NCBI GenBank assembly: GCA_964616485.1
Contig: CAZTRB010000005.1
Coordinates: forward strand, 11,592-75,591
Direction: 5' to 3'
Length of the DNA: 64,000 nt
From: an uncultured Muribaculaceae bacterium
GTDB lineage: Bacteria > Bacillota_I > Bacilli_A > RF39 > UBA660
The notes under the pieces were generated by a model, which saw nothing but the letters and a program-made list of their open reading frames with translations, ran no database searches and was not told the DNA's origin. Numbering within the stretch: position 1 is the first letter of the stretch; every line of letters begins with the position of its first letter. Shown piece after piece: positions 24,797 to 35,345 of this stretch. Both the position numbers and the translations under genes were made by a program.

Positions 24797-26470
24797 ATGA
24801 ATAAAGAAACAAACGATACTAAAATTATTATTTTAGGAGGTTTGGGAGAAGTCGGTAAGAACATGTATTGTGTAATGCATGGTGACGACATTATTATTAT
24901 TGATTCGGGTATCAGTTTTCCAGATGCAGGAATTTTGGGAATTGATTATATATTACCAGATTTTACTTTTTTAAAGCAAAATCAAGATAAGATTAAAGCC
25001 TTGATAATAACTCATGGTCACGAGGACCATATAGGAGCTATTCCTTTTTTGGTGCAATCAATAGATATACCAGCGATATATGCCCCTAACCAAGCTAAAG
25101 AGTTAATAAGTATGAAGCTACAAGATCGTAACGTTAGATATGATAATCTATTCGTCTACGATGACAAGACAATTTTAAAATTTAATAAGCTAGAAGTAGA
25201 GTTTTTTATAACGACTCACTCGATTCCCGATTCACATGGAGTCTTGATAAAGACACCTGATGGAAACATCGTAACGACTGGAGACTTTAAGTTCGACTTT
25301 ACTCCGATAGGTCCGATGGCTGATTTACACAAAATGGCAAGAATCGGAGAAAACGGAGTTGATGTTCTATTAAGTGACTCAACAAACGCATTAAATGAAG
25401 GTATAAGTATAAGTGAGACGAAAGTAGACAATGCTCTAAATGATATTTTTGATAAATATACACAACAGAGAATAATAATAGCCACTTTCGCTTCAAACAT
25501 CTATCGTCTTAAACACATTATCGAGACATGTTACAATCACGGAAGAAAAATATGTGTCTTCGGTAGAAGTATGGAGAATAATATCAAGATATCGATAAGT
25601 GGTGGTTATATAAACCATTCTGATATCTTAGTCACACCAGAAGAAGCTAATTCGTTAAAGCCTGGTGAAGTAACTATACTATCTACCGGTTCACAAGGAG
25701 AACCTTTGGCTGCTCTTTCGAGAATATCTAACGGTACTCATAAGCAAATTAAGCTTAGACCAGACGATGTCGTAGTATTGTCATCTTCACCGATACCGGG
25801 CAATGCTCAAGCTATCGGGAATACGATAAACAAATTATATTTACAAGGAGTAAAAGTATATACTAATAATACTTCTAATGAAATCCATACATCGGGTCAT
25901 GCCAATATGGAAGAGCTAAAACTGATGATTAGGTTGATGAAACCAAAATATCTAGTGCCTTTCCACGGTGACTATCGCATGTTAAAGAGTCATGCCAACT
26001 TAGGAATAGAGTGTGGGGTACCAAAAGAAAATACCTTCGTCTTAAAAAACGGAGATGTCTTGGTATTAAAAGATCGTGTTCTAACTAAAGGAACGCCAGT
26101 AATAGCCAGTGATATCTATGTCGATGGTAGTCGCTTAGAAGAAGTAAACAGTGCTGTTCTAAGAGATCGTAAAGTAATGGCAAGTGATGGTATACTAGTA
26201 GTCATTGCTAATATCGATATGAAAAACAAGAGTCTGCTTATTAAACCTAACGTTACTACTAGAGGTTTTGTCCTAGTAAATGAGAATGAGACTTTATTAA
26301 AACAAATTGTAAATAAAGCCGAAGAAATAATCTTAAATAAGTTAGAAGATCAAGCATCTAGTTTCATGGATATTAAAAATCAAATAACGGCTGATTTATT
26401 CCCTTATGTATACGAATTAACGGGAAGAAAGCCGATCATATTGCCAGTAATTTTAGATATTAAGAAATAA
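24797..26470 (+). CDS. rnj: ribonuclease J
   Basis: Metallo-beta-lactamase motif ITHGHEDHIG, beta-CASP region and HTSGHA motif. The start at ATG 24797 has AAAGGAG 6 nt upstream; the track start at 24782 contains this RBS. Confidence 0.92.
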   Translation: MNKETNDTKIIILGGLGEVGKNMYCVMHGDDIIIIDSGISFPDAGILGIDYILPDFTFLKQNQDKIKALIITHGHEDHIGAIPFLVQSIDIPAIYAPNQAKELISMKLQDRNVRYDNLFVYDDKTILKFNKLEVEFFITTHSIPDSHGVLIKTPDGNIVTTGDFKFDFTPIGPMADLHKMARIGENGVDVLLSDSTNALNEGISISETKVDNALNDIFDKYTQQRIIIATFASNIYRLKHIIETCYNHGRKICVFGRSMENNIKISISGGYINHSDILVTPEEANSLKPGEVTILSTGSQGEPLAALSRISNGTHKQIKLRPDDVVVLSSSPIPGNAQAIGNTINKLYLQGVKVYTNNTSNEIHTSGHANMEELKLMIRLMKPKYLVPFHGDYRMLKSHANLGIECGVPKENTFVLKNGDVLVLKDRVLTKGTPVIASDIYVDGSRLEEVNSAVLRDRKVMASDGILVVIANIDMKNKSLLIKPNVTTRGFVLVNENETLLKQIVNKAEEIILNKLEDQASSFMDIKNQITADLFPYVYELTGRKPIILPVILDIKK

Positions 26471-26495
26471 AAAAACAGTTTCCTGTTTTTTTTTT
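26469..26495. terminator. bidirectional terminator between convergent rnj and rny
   Basis: AAAAAACAG-TTTC-CTGTTTTTTTT. An A/T-flanked hairpin fills the 26-nt gap between the two stop codons. Confidence 0.6.
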
Positions 26496-26496
26496 A

Positions 26497-28047
26497 CTAT
26501 TTTGCTTCTTCTTGAGCTCTAGTTTCTCTTATAACTGTTACTTTAATAGTACCCGGATATTGCATAGTAGACTCAATCTTTTCTTTAACCTCTCGCGCAA
26601 TCTTGTGAGACGTTAAGTCGTCGATCTCTTCTGGTTTAACTATTACTCTAAGTTCTCTACCCGCTTGAACAGCAAAGGTCTTATCGATACCACTCATATC
26701 TTTAGTAATCGCTTCTAGTTGACCTAGACGTTTAATATAGTTTTCTAAAGAATCGTTTCTAGCTCCTGGACGCGATGCCGATAGAGCATCTGCTATAGCT
26801 ACTATTACCGAGATAATCGATGTAGCTTCTCTATCGCCATGGTGAGACTCGATCGAATTAATAACCGCTTCATGTTCATTAAACTTTTTAGCAAGCTCAA
26901 TTCCAATCTCAACGTGACTTCCTTCAGCTTCGTGATCAATCGCTTTACCAATATCATGTAACAACCCAGCTCTCTTAGCAAGCATTTGATTCTCACCAAG
27001 TTCTGCCGCTATTAAACCTGCTAGATGTGCAACTTCTTTAGAGTGATCTAAGGCATTTTGACCATAACTAGATCTAAAATGTAATTTACCTATTATCTCT
27101 ACTAGTTGAGCATCGACTTTAGTAATACCAAGTTCGAATAAGGCATCATTACCATGCTCGATTACTTTTTGTTTCATCTCTTTACTTACTTTATCATAAA
27201 TCTCTTCGATTCTAGTCGGATGAATACGACCATCTTTAAGTAGAGTCTCTAACATTACTCTAGCAGTCTCTCTTCTTAAAGGATCAAAACTTGAAAGGAC
27301 TACCGCTTCCGGAGTATCATCGATTATTAAATCTACTCCCGTTATAGCTTCAATAGTACGAATATTTCTTCCCTCTCGTCCTATAATTCTTCCTTTTAAT
27401 TCATCATCTGGAAGAGCGACGACAGTAACAGTCTGATCATTCGCTATATCAGCAGCATATCTTTGCATAGACATCGTAAGTAAGTTTTTAGCCTTCTTAT
27501 CTACTTCTAATTTAGCTTCGTCTTCTCTTTCTTTAATATACAAAGAAATCTCTTTATTCATCGTCTCTTCGACAATTTTCATGACTTCTTTTCTAGCCTG
27601 ATCTCGATTTAACTTTGCTACATTCATAAGTTGTTCTAATTGTTCTTGTTTCATTTCTTCTATTTTTGCGTATTCTGACTGAATATCTTTTTGAGATTCT
27701 AAAATTTTATTTTCTTTTTCCTCTAAAGAAAGTTCTCTTTTTTGGAACAATTCATCACGCTTATCTAGGTTACCCTCTCTTGCATGTAACCTATCTTCAG
27801 CCGCTTTAATTTCGTCTTTCTTTTCTTTAAAACCTTTTTCCGCTTCTAGTTTAGTCTTGTGAAGTTCTTCTTTTAACTCAAATAAAGAATCACGTTTATT
27901 TCTTTCCGCTTCTTTTTTAGCATTCTCAATAATCTCGTCGGCATTTTTAGCGGCTTTTTTCACTTTATTGTTAATAAAGTAATATCCCGCAAAAAAACCA
28001 GTAAATATTCCAGCAAGAACTAGCAAAACAGAGATTAGTGTTTCCAT
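26497..28047 (-). CDS. rny: ribonuclease Y
   Basis: N-terminal TM helix, coiled coil, KH domain ([12 protein letters not shown]) and HD domain (LLHDIGKA). Start at METLISVLL (ATG 28045-28047) with GGAGGA upstream. Confidence 0.93.
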   Translation of the reverse strand: METLISVLLVLAGIFTGFFAGYYFINNKVKKAAKNADEIIENAKKEAERNKRDSLFELKEELHKTKLEAEKGFKEKKDEIKAAEDRLHAREGNLDKRDELFQKRELSLEEKENKILESQKDIQSEYAKIEEMKQEQLEQLMNVAKLNRDQARKEVMKIVEETMNKEISLYIKEREDEAKLEVDKKAKNLLTMSMQRYAADIANDQTVTVVALPDDELKGRIIGREGRNIRTIEAITGVDLIIDDTPEAVVLSSFDPLRRETARVMLETLLKDGRIHPTRIEEIYDKVSKEMKQKVIEHGNDALFELGITKVDAQLVEIIGKLHFRSSYGQNALDHSKEVAHLAGLIAAELGENQMLAKRAGLLHDIGKAIDHEAEGSHVEIGIELAKKFNEHEAVINSIESHHGDREATSIISVIVAIADALSASRPGARNDSLENYIKRLGQLEAITKDMSGIDKTFAVQAGRELRVIVKPEEIDDLTSHKIAREVKEKIESTMQYPGTIKVTVIRETRAQEEAK

Positions 28048-28116
28048 AATTTCCTCCATTTTCTAATTCAATATAATTTAACAGTTAATATTACATAAGT
28101 AAATATTACTATCTCT

Positions 28117-28145
28117 ATTGTATGTTTTTTTAATGATATTGTCAA
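28117..28145 (-). promoter_or_regulatory. sigma-A-type promoter of rny
   Basis: Complement: TTGACA (28140-28145), 17 nt spacer, TACAAT (28117-28122). Confidence 0.5.
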
Positions 28146-28176
28146 AGTAAATTTTGAAACAAATAAAAAGAGAAAT

Positions 28177-29190
28177 TTATTTTTTCTCTTTCTTTACACT
28201 AATACCATAAAATTCTCTAGTCTTAGTCTCAATCTCATCGAATAAATCTCTTCTCTCTTTAAGTAGGATTTTCACATTTTCTTTTCCTTGACCTAGTTTT
28301 TCACCGTTATAAGAGAACCAAGCTCCACCTTTTTCCACGATGTTTGCACTGACGGCTAGATCGATTAACTCTCCTTCTTTAGAAACCCCTTCTCCATACA
28401 TAATATCGACTGCTGCGACTTTGAATGGTGGAGCCACCTTGTTTTTAACGACTTTAACATTCGTCTTATTACCGATAATAGCGTCTCCTATCTTTATTTG
28501 TTCGCTTCTCCTAATCTCTAAACGAATCGTCGAATAGAATTTTAAAGCTCTACCACCAGGAGTCGTCTCTGGGTTACCAAACATGATTCCTACTTTTTCA
28601 CGCAATTGATTTATAAAGACAGCAATAGTGTTTGTTTTATTGATAACACCTGATAACTTTCTTAGAGCTTGACTCATAAGCCTAGCTTGTAATCCGACAT
28701 GTGAATCACCCATTTCACCAGCAATCTCTGCTTGTGGAACGAGTGCAGCCACCGAGTCGATAACGACGATACTAACGGCTTCACTTCTAACTAAAGCCTC
28801 ACATATTTCTAAAGCTTGTTCACCAGTATCTGGTTGAGCTAATAATAAATCGTTAATATTAACTCCTAAGTTTTTAGCATACGTCGGATCAAGAGCATGC
28901 TCAGCATCGATAAACGCCGCCTTACCACCTTGCTTTTGAACCTCGGCTATTGCATGTAATGCAAATGTCGTCTTACCACTTGATTCCGGACCATATATCT
29001 CGATAATCCTTCCTTTAGGATAACCACCGACACCTAATGCTATATCTAACGAAAGGGAACCACTTGGTACGGTATCGACTTCCATATGTCTGCTTTCTCC
29101 AAGCTTCATTATCGCACCTTTACCAAATTGTTTTTCTATATCTAATAATACTTGTTCTAATGTTTTTTCCTTGTCTGTACTTTTGTTCAT
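28177..29190 (-). CDS. recA: recombinase RecA
   Basis: [12 protein letters not shown] Walker [10 protein letters not shown], and loop regions typical of RecA. RBS GGAGG. Confidence 0.97.
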   Translation of the reverse strand: MNKSTDKEKTLEQVLLDIEKQFGKGAIMKLGESRHMEVDTVPSGSLSLDIALGVGGYPKGRIIEIYGPESSGKTTFALHAIAEVQKQGGKAAFIDAEHALDPTYAKNLGVNINDLLLAQPDTGEQALEICEALVRSEAVSIVVIDSVAALVPQAEIAGEMGDSHVGLQARLMSQALRKLSGVINKTNTIAVFINQLREKVGIMFGNPETTPGGRALKFYSTIRLEIRRSEQIKIGDAIIGNKTNVKVVKNKVAPPFKVAAVDIMYGEGVSKEGELIDLAVSANIVEKGGAWFSYNGEKLGQGKENVKILLKERRDLFDEIETKTREFYGISVKKEKK

Positions 29191-29257
29191 AAATTACCTC
29201 CACTTATTACTCACAAAATTATAATACAATAGATTAAATAAAAAAGCAACTGTTTTT

Positions 29258-29271
29258 CGAACAATTGTTTG
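29258..29271. promoter_or_regulatory. candidate LexA (Cheo/SOS) box upstream of recA
   Basis: CGAACAATTGTTTG differs by one half-site mismatch from the Firmicute consensus CGAAC-N4-GTTCG. It lies about 70 nt upstream of the recA ATG, next to a putative TTGCTT-17-TATTAT promoter. Confidence 0.45.
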
Positions 29272-29329
29272 TATTTAATGTTTTGTTGACACTTTGTATT
29301 AAAAAAATAAAATTTCTATAAAAGAAATT

Positions 29330-29938
29330 CTATTTTTCACGATCTTTATTAACAAAAATTATCTTTTTATTAATACTATAGTATTCAAACATAGACGTTA
29401 TAGATAATACTGTAGCAAAATATAATAAGAATTCAGCGGCTCTTATACCGATAAGTTCAAATGGTAAATTACCGAAAAATACTAACGAAATACCGATCAT
29501 TAACATTACTGTCTTCAATTTCCCGCTTCCTATTGCCGCTACTACCTTACCCTTAGCCGCAGCTTCCATCTTAATCGCATTAACGATTATATCTCTTAAT
29601 ACGATGACTATCGGTATTATAGCATCTATCTCATTTAATGAAGCTAAAATAATTAAAACTGAGTTAACTAAGATCTTATCAGCGATAGCATCTAACATCT
29701 TTCCCGTGTTAGTAATCAAACCTTTTTTTCTAGCGATATAACCGTCATAAAAATCAGTAAAAGACGCTATTAAAAAGATTACTCCACTAATAAGATATTT
29801 AGAATCTAAAACGACACTATCTGTTATCTTAATTATAGGAAAAACTATTCCTACTTCGTAAAATGGAAAAAGTAAGAGGATAATTAAAACAACAGCTAAT
29901 ACTATACGGGATAATGTTAATTTAATTGGTAAATTCAT
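29330..29938 (-). CDS. pgsA: CDP-diacylglycerol--glycerol-3-phosphate 3-phosphatidyltransferase
   Basis: CDP-alcohol phosphatidyltransferase motif DFYDGYIARKKGLITNTGKMLDAIADK. Polytopic membrane protein. Confidence 0.9.
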   Translation of the reverse strand: MNLPIKLTLSRIVLAVVLIILLLFPFYEVGIVFPIIKITDSVVLDSKYLISGVIFLIASFTDFYDGYIARKKGLITNTGKMLDAIADKILVNSVLIILASLNEIDAIIPIVIVLRDIIVNAIKMEAAAKGKVVAAIGSGKLKTVMLMIGISLVFFGNLPFELIGIRAAEFLLYFATVLSITSMFEYYSINKKIIFVNKDREK

Positions 29939-30416
29939 AATATAAACTCGCCCCCTTCTCGCTAAGAAGCTCTTCCGTTATCTTTCCTTTTTTAGGAAGT
30001 TTAATTAAGATTATTAAATATATTAATATTAAAAAAAATACTATAACACCCAAAGAAAAATAGACATATTTCTTATTTATTTTCTTTGCTTTTACCAATG
30101 TATATGGAGATACGACTTTCTTTTCTTTAGTATCTTTCTTTTGTGCTTCTAATATATCATCTAAAGATATTTTAGAAGTATGTTCAAATAAGAAATCATT
30201 AAACTCATCCAAGACATCTTCAGAATCAAGCCCCAGATATTTAGCATAGTAAGCAACAATTTCTTTCATCGATAAGACATCTTTAAAAGCTCTTACATTA
30301 CCGGCTTCTAAACTCTCTAGATCAAAACTATCTATCTTTAAATCATCAGCGGCTTCTTCGACACTAACACCGTTTCTCTCTCTCGTTTCTCTTAAATATT
30401 CACCAAGTTCTTTCAA
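29922..30416 (-). CDS. RodZ/YmfM-like HTH (XRE) membrane protein
   Basis: N-terminal HTH (LGEYLRETRERNGVSVEEAADDLKI) and a single TM helix near the C-terminus. Its position upstream of pgsA matches Bacillus ymfM-pgsA. Confidence 0.7.
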   Translation of the reverse strand: MKELGEYLRETRERNGVSVEEAADDLKIDSFDLESLEAGNVRAFKDVLSMKEIVAYYAKYLGLDSEDVLDEFNDFLFEHTSKISLDDILEAQKKDTKEKKVVSPYTLVKAKKINKKYVYFSLGVIVFFLILIYLIILIKLPKKGKITEELLSEKGASLYYEFTN

Positions 30417-30433
30417 CTGATCACCTCAATAAA

Positions 30434-30791
30434 AAAAATAATATTAATAAGCCATGTTCTGTTCCTATTTCTAGGCGACAAACATTTATCTACCGAATTA
30501 CTTCAGTCCTTAACTCCGTTTGATTCCTTCGTTAAAGTTCCTCTACCGAAATTTGAGTTTCTCGCTTGCGGGGTTTATCACGTTCCACTTCCATCGTTTC
30601 CAACTTGTTCGTCACTATGACACTTTATAGCTAATCTAGTCATATCCGAAGACTTAGACTATTTCGCCGCCGTTAGTTACCTACCTAGAGTTATTTTTTC
30701 CTCTAGCACAAACACTACAGACATCTCAGCCTGTGCGAGCATGGACTTTCCTCTATATTATTAAAAATACAGCGTTTGTCTTAATATTATT
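30434..30791 (-). ncRNA. rnpB: RNase P RNA, type B
   Basis: On the complement, GAGGAAAGTCCATGCTCGCACAGGCTGAGATG...GTAGTGTT.GTGC.TAG closely resembles my recollection of B. subtilis rnpB. The 3' conserved ACAGAACATGGCTTA is present. P1 is AATAATATTAA (30781-30791) with TTAATATTATT (30437-30447). P2 is GACAAAC/GTTTGTC. P3 is CTGTATT-TTTAA-TAATATAG. GAAA tetraloop elements are present. Confidence 0.92.
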
Positions 30792-31137
30792 CATCTTTTC
30801 CATAAACAATTTTTTCAAGTTGTGATAACCTTCTAATGACATCAAGATTAGATAGATTCTTATTAGTATCGTCACACTCTGCTTCTTTAGCAATTTCTAG
30901 ACTAACTTTCAAATTTCTTATCTCTTGTTTTAAAGACATTATTTCATCGAGCAAAGACTCTTTCTCTTTCTCATAATCTTTTAACACCTTAAAAAATTGT
31001 TCATAATCTCCGATAATAAGATCTAAGTATTGATCAACTTCTTTTAATCGATACCCTCTAGTATCGATTTTAAATTCTTTTTCTAATATATCTTTCGAAG
31101 ACAGATTAAATTGTTCTTGATACATACTTTTCACCAA
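30787..31137 (-). CDS. gpsB: cell-cycle protein GpsB (DivIVA-domain)
   Basis: LSSKDILEKEFKIDTRGYRLKEVDQYLDLIIGDYEQF matches the GpsB N-terminal domain. C-terminal coiled coil. The start is ambiguous: GTG at 31137 or ATG at 31125. Confidence 0.85.
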   Translation of the reverse strand: MVKSMYQEQFNLSSKDILEKEFKIDTRGYRLKEVDQYLDLIIGDYEQFFKVLKDYEKEKESLLDEIMSLKQEIRNLKVSLEIAKEAECDDTNKNLSNLDVIRRLSQLEKIVYGKDE

Positions 31138-31291
31138 TCCCTTACGTTAACATTATCTAATATAATACGTTTTTTGTCAATGAAACATATTAGCTAATAT
31201 AAGGTTTATCATTATTTTTCTAATATAGTAGAATTTTTCTATAAAATATAGTATAATTTATGAGTATAATTATGTTATACAAGGAGATTAA

Positions 31292-31864
31292 ATGAATTAT
31301 CCAAAAGGCGTAAAAGTAATAGAAAATAAAAACTATAGATACGATAATAGAGGTATGATCTTAGAAGAAGACATAAACCTCTCTAATCAATATTATATAA
31401 ATAAGAAGATAGCCTATATATATAAGAGACCCACTCCAATACAAGCTACTAAGACGGAATATCGGAACAATAAAAAGATTATTAAAGAGGCTTTTTTTAA
31501 GGAGTCCTCTACTACCGATTATAACGGTCTTTATAAAGGAATATATATAGATTTTGAGGCTAAGGAGACGAGAAGTAAGACTTCTTTTCCATTAAGTAAC
31601 ATTCATAACCATCAAATAGAACATTTAACAAATGTCTTAGATAATGGTGGGTTGGCTTTCTTTATAATTAGATTTACTACTTTGGATAAGACTTTTTTAT
31701 TAACAGCAAAAGACTTTATAGAATATTTTCAGACTAGTAAAAGAAAATCTATTCCTTTAGATTATTTTAATGAAAGAGCATATCTTATCAAAGAGGGCTA
31801 CAATATTAGATTAGACTATATTAAAATAGTAGATATACTATTGGGAGGTACAAATGAGTGCTAA
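31292..31864 (+). CDS. recU: Holliday junction resolvase RecU
   Basis: RGMILEEDINLSNQYY...IYKRPTPIQ...DFEAKETRSKTSFPLSNIHNHQIEHL is the RecU signature. It overlaps ponA, as in Bacillus recU-ponA. Confidence 0.9.
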   Translation: MNYPKGVKVIENKNYRYDNRGMILEEDINLSNQYYINKKIAYIYKRPTPIQATKTEYRNNKKIIKEAFFKESSTTDYNGLYKGIYIDFEAKETRSKTSFPLSNIHNHQIEHLTNVLDNGGLAFFIIRFTTLDKTFLLTAKDFIEYFQTSKRKSIPLDYFNERAYLIKEGYNIRLDYIKIVDILLGGTNEC

Positions 31865-34652
31865 AAAGAGAAACAATAAAAAGAAATTATCGATAAAAAG
31901 AAATGTTAGGGATTTGATAATATTTACAATAATCGCTACTATTTTAGGATTAGTATTTATGAACTTAGTTTTTACTCTTCTTATGTTAGTAGGTATTTTC
32001 ATAATATTAAAACTATCTATATACTTAAGTAAAAAGAAAAAGAAGAAATCTTTTAGAATAATCTTAAATACTTTGGTTGCTATTATCTTAATTGGTTCAA
32101 TTGCAGTAGTCATCGGTGGTGCGTGGTTCTTAAATCGCGTCGTTAAAAATTCGCCAGAATTTAATGAAGAGGTATTATCGATGTCACAAACGACAAAGAT
32201 ATTCGATATGAATGGTGTTGAAATTACCGAATTAGGTACGGAAAAAAGAGAGATAATAAAGTTCGAAGACATGAGCGAAGTCTTAATAGACGCTCTAGTC
32301 GCTACTGAGGATTCTAGATTCTTTCAACATAACGGATTTGATGCTCCTCGTTTCTTAGCCGCTTCTGTCAAACAAATTTTAGGACAAAAAGATGCCGGTG
32401 GTGCTTCGACTATTACGATGCAAGTAGCTAAAAACAGTTATAACAAAGATAGATCTAATGTAGCATCTGGTACTGAAGGTATCGAACGTAAATTTAGTGA
32501 TATTTACTTAGCCGTATTTAAAATAGAAAAAAACTATTCTAAACAAGAGATCTTAGAGTTCTATATAAACAACCACTTCTTGGCAAACAATGCTTATGGA
32601 GTAGAACAAGCTAGTAAAATATATTTTAATAAGAAAGCTAGTCAATTAACGTTGTCTGAAGCGGCTCTTATAGTAGGAATGTTCCAAGCACCTAGTGCTA
32701 CTGATCCTTTTAAGTATCCAGAAACGGCTACTAAAAGAAGAGCCGAAGTATTATATTTAATGCAGACTCACGGATACATAACTAAAGAAGAAAGAGATAT
32801 TGCAAATGCAATACCCGTAAAATCACTTTTATTTTCGACAGCCGAAGAACAAAAATTTTATTCTTATTTAAATACTGTCGTTGAAGAAGCAATCAAGAAG
32901 TATGACGTTAATCCACATACTAGTTCTTTATTAGTATATACGAATATGAATAGATCATATCAAACTATAATCGATGATGTCTTTAGTGGAGCTACCTTTA
33001 ACTGGGAAAACCCTGTCGTTCAAGCGGGAGTCACACTTATGGACGTAAATACTGGTAAAATATTAGCTATCGGAGCCGGTAGAAACCAAACGGGTAATAG
33101 AAACCATAACTATGCTACTAGTTCAAAAAGACAAATCGGATCTGTAGCAAAACCGTTATTCGACTATGGTCCTGGTTTTGAATATAACAACTGGTCTACT
33201 TATACATTGTTCGATGATTCACGTTATTATTACTCGACTGGACAAGAATTAAGAAACTCAGATCGTGGTTATATGGGAACGATTACACTTAGAACCGCTC
33301 TTGCACAATCAAGAAATATACCAGCATTAAAAGCCTTCCAACAAGTAAATAAAAAACAAGTCTTTGACTTCGTCGATTCTCTTGGTGTAAGCATGGAACC
33401 TGACGCTTATAAGTCTAAATATCTACATGAAGCATATTCGATTGGTGCTTACACTGGATCTAATCCATTAGAGATGGCTGGAGCTTTTGCAGCTTTTGCT
33501 AACGGAGGGTTCTATTACGAACCGTATACTATTAACAAGATTGTCTTTAGAGATACGGGAGAAGTTCTAACAAACGAGTCTACGAAACAAAAAGTCATGA
33601 GTAGTTCAACTGCTTTCATGATGAACGACGTCTTAAAGACTGCAGTTAATAGTGGGCTAAGTGGTGCTGCTAAAATAAACGGTGTTAACATCGCTGCAAA
33701 GACGGGGACGACGAACCATACACCAGCTACATTACAAACTTTCGGATTACCAGGTAGTGCTTTAAACGATGCTTGGGTAGTCGGTTATGATACTAAGTTA
33801 GTCCTTTCTATCTGGTACGGATACGAACCTATAAGTCGACAATATTATACGACTAGTAATTCCGCTTATGTACAAAGAAAAGCACTATTCTCGGCTATTG
33901 GAGGAAAGATATTCCAAAGAGATGGATCGGACTTTCCAATGCCAAACACTGTCGTAAAAGTAGCTATCGAGATGGGAACTAACCCTGCTAAATTAGCTAG
34001 TCAATATACCCCTTCCGATAAAATAGTCTATGAATATTTTAAGAAAGGAACAGAGCCCACCGAAGAGTCGACAGTATACAAGAAGATGAATGCTCCTAGC
34101 AATCTCTCCTTGAGTTATGAACCTTCTACTAAAAACTTAATCTTAAATTGGAACTCAGCAGGTAACAAAGCAGATGACGATCTCGGTCTCGGTGCGCTAG
34201 GATATAAGATATATAAGAATGATGCTTATATAGACTTTACAACGAGTACTTCCTATACGATTAAAAACACTAGTAACCCAAATGGTATCTATTCAATTAG
34301 AGCCGGTTACCAACATAGTGATCAAAACAATAGTGGTGCTATATCTAAAGAGTTCTCTTTAGATAATATGAGTACTTATGATGCCACTTTAAACGTTCCA
34401 GCTAATAAGACTTATAGAGTAGGAGATTCTTTAGAAGCATATGATTTAAATCCAGGTGCTGGCGACGTAAAACTTCTTAAAGATGGAGTAGTTACCGTTG
34501 GAACTGTAGCAATATCAATTAAAAATAAAGACGGAGACACCGTCTCTGGTATCGATACAATAGATGTTGACAAATATACGATAACATATGTAGTAAGCTA
34601 TAAGAGTGCTTATACAAAAACATTAACGAGAACCGTTACTATAGATCCATAA
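31854..34652 (+). CDS. ponA: class A penicillin-binding protein (PBP1A/1B) with C-terminal FN3/Ig-like extension
   Basis: GT51 motifs EDSRFFQHNGFD and GASTITMQ. Transpeptidase motifs SVAKP (SxxK), SRN and KTGTT. N-terminal TM anchor. Confidence 0.93.
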   Translation: MSAKKRNNKKKLSIKRNVRDLIIFTIIATILGLVFMNLVFTLLMLVGIFIILKLSIYLSKKKKKKSFRIILNTLVAIILIGSIAVVIGGAWFLNRVVKNSPEFNEEVLSMSQTTKIFDMNGVEITELGTEKREIIKFEDMSEVLIDALVATEDSRFFQHNGFDAPRFLAASVKQILGQKDAGGASTITMQVAKNSYNKDRSNVASGTEGIERKFSDIYLAVFKIEKNYSKQEILEFYINNHFLANNAYGVEQASKIYFNKKASQLTLSEAALIVGMFQAPSATDPFKYPETATKRRAEVLYLMQTHGYITKEERDIANAIPVKSLLFSTAEEQKFYSYLNTVVEEAIKKYDVNPHTSSLLVYTNMNRSYQTIIDDVFSGATFNWENPVVQAGVTLMDVNTGKILAIGAGRNQTGNRNHNYATSSKRQIGSVAKPLFDYGPGFEYNNWSTYTLFDDSRYYYSTGQELRNSDRGYMGTITLRTALAQSRNIPALKAFQQVNKKQVFDFVDSLGVSMEPDAYKSKYLHEAYSIGAYTGSNPLEMAGAFAAFANGGFYYEPYTINKIVFRDTGEVLTNESTKQKVMSSSTAFMMNDVLKTAVNSGLSGAAKINGVNIAAKTGTTNHTPATLQTFGLPGSALNDAWVVGYDTKLVLSIWYGYEPISRQYYTTSNSAYVQRKALFSAIGGKIFQRDGSDFPMPNTVVKVAIEMGTNPAKLASQYTPSDKIVYEYFKKGTEPTEESTVYKKMNAPSNLSLSYEPSTKNLILNWNSAGNKADDDLGLGALGYKIYKNDAYIDFTTSTSYTIKNTSNPNGIYSIRAGYQHSDQNNSGAISKEFSLDNMSTYDATLNVPANKTYRVGDSLEAYDLNPGAGDVKLLKDGVVTVGTVAISIKNKDGDTVSGIDTIDVDKYTITYVVSYKSAYTKTLTRTVTIDP

Positions 34653-34655
34653 ATT

Positions 34656-34681
34656 AAAGTAGAGAATACTCTACTTTTTTT
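34656..34681 (+). terminator. rho-independent terminator of ponA
   Basis: AAAGTAGAG-AATA-CTCTACTTT followed by TTTT. It sits between convergent ponA and nth. Confidence 0.65.
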
Positions 34682-34694
34682 AATAAAAAAAAGC

Positions 34695-35345
34695 CTATTT
34701 AAGACTTTGTTTATAATACTTGCATATCTCTTGTAATTTACAAGAAGAACATTCTGGTTTTATAGCTTTACAATTATATCTTCCAAATAAGACTAATTGA
34801 TGATGAAGCTTACACCAGTTTTTCTTTGCAAATTTTTTCATTAACTTCTGTTCGATAACTTCTACCGAATCTTCTTCTTTGACTAAGTTTAATCTCTTAC
34901 TAACTCTAGCTACATGAGTATCAACAGCAATTGCTGGATAATCAAATAGATTACTTAAAACGACATTAGCAGTCTTTCTTCCTACTCCAGGAAGAACTTC
35001 TAAGTCTTCTCTGTTATTAGGAACAACACTACTATGTTTATCTATTAATATTTTAGCGATATCTTTGATGAAAATACTCTTCTTATTAAAAGTACCTATC
35101 GGTTTAATTATATTAGCAATATCTTCTACTGAACCTTCACTTAACTTAAATAAAGTGTCATATTTAGAAAAAAGTTCTGGAGTAACACTATTTACCCTCT
35201 TATCCGTCGTCTGAGCACTAAGAACTACTGCAATTAACAACTCATAGTCTTTATTATAATTAAGTTCACATCTAGGATTAGGATACTTTTCATCTAAATA
35301 ATCTTCTATTTTTTTAATTTTCACGCTCTTCATCCATCCAGTCAT
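34695..35345 (-). CDS. nth: endonuclease III
   Basis: HhH-GPD motif LPGVGRKTANVV and a C-terminal 4Fe-4S cluster loop C-x6-C-x2-C-x5-C (CKAIKPECSSCKLQEIC). The start is uncertain (35345, 35333 or 35360). The gene overlaps the dnaD end. Confidence 0.88.
   Translation of the reverse strand: MTGWMKSVKIKKIEDYLDEKYPNPRCELNYNKDYELLIAVVLSAQTTDKRVNSVTPELFSKYDTLFKLSEGSVEDIANIIKPIGTFNKKSIFIKDIAKILIDKHSSVVPNNREDLEVLPGVGRKTANVVLSNLFDYPAIAVDTHVARVSKRLNLVKEEDSVEVIEQKLMKKFAKKNWCKLHHQLVLFGRYNCKAIKPECSSCKLQEICKYYKQSLK

Noticed and set aside
31838-32272. 144-aa minus-strand ORF antisense to the 5' end of ponA, plus similar shadow ORFs (1859-2056, 5044-5271, 7356-7604, 8151-8417, 9100-9282, 9645-9830, 13351-13533, 19617-19847, 20629-20967, 21577-22017, 25216-25500, 25299-25496, 26805-26999, 28340-28537, 35383-35580, 35708-35908, 36025-36222, 37800-38030, 41082-41267, 41671-41913, 43072-43287, 43253-43465, 43925-44305, 46414-46671, 58021-58218)
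   Set aside because: Each overlaps a confidently identified gene in another frame or on the other strand. None has an RBS, and all have Leu/Ile/Ser/Phe-rich translations typical of antisense frames in AT-rich DNA.
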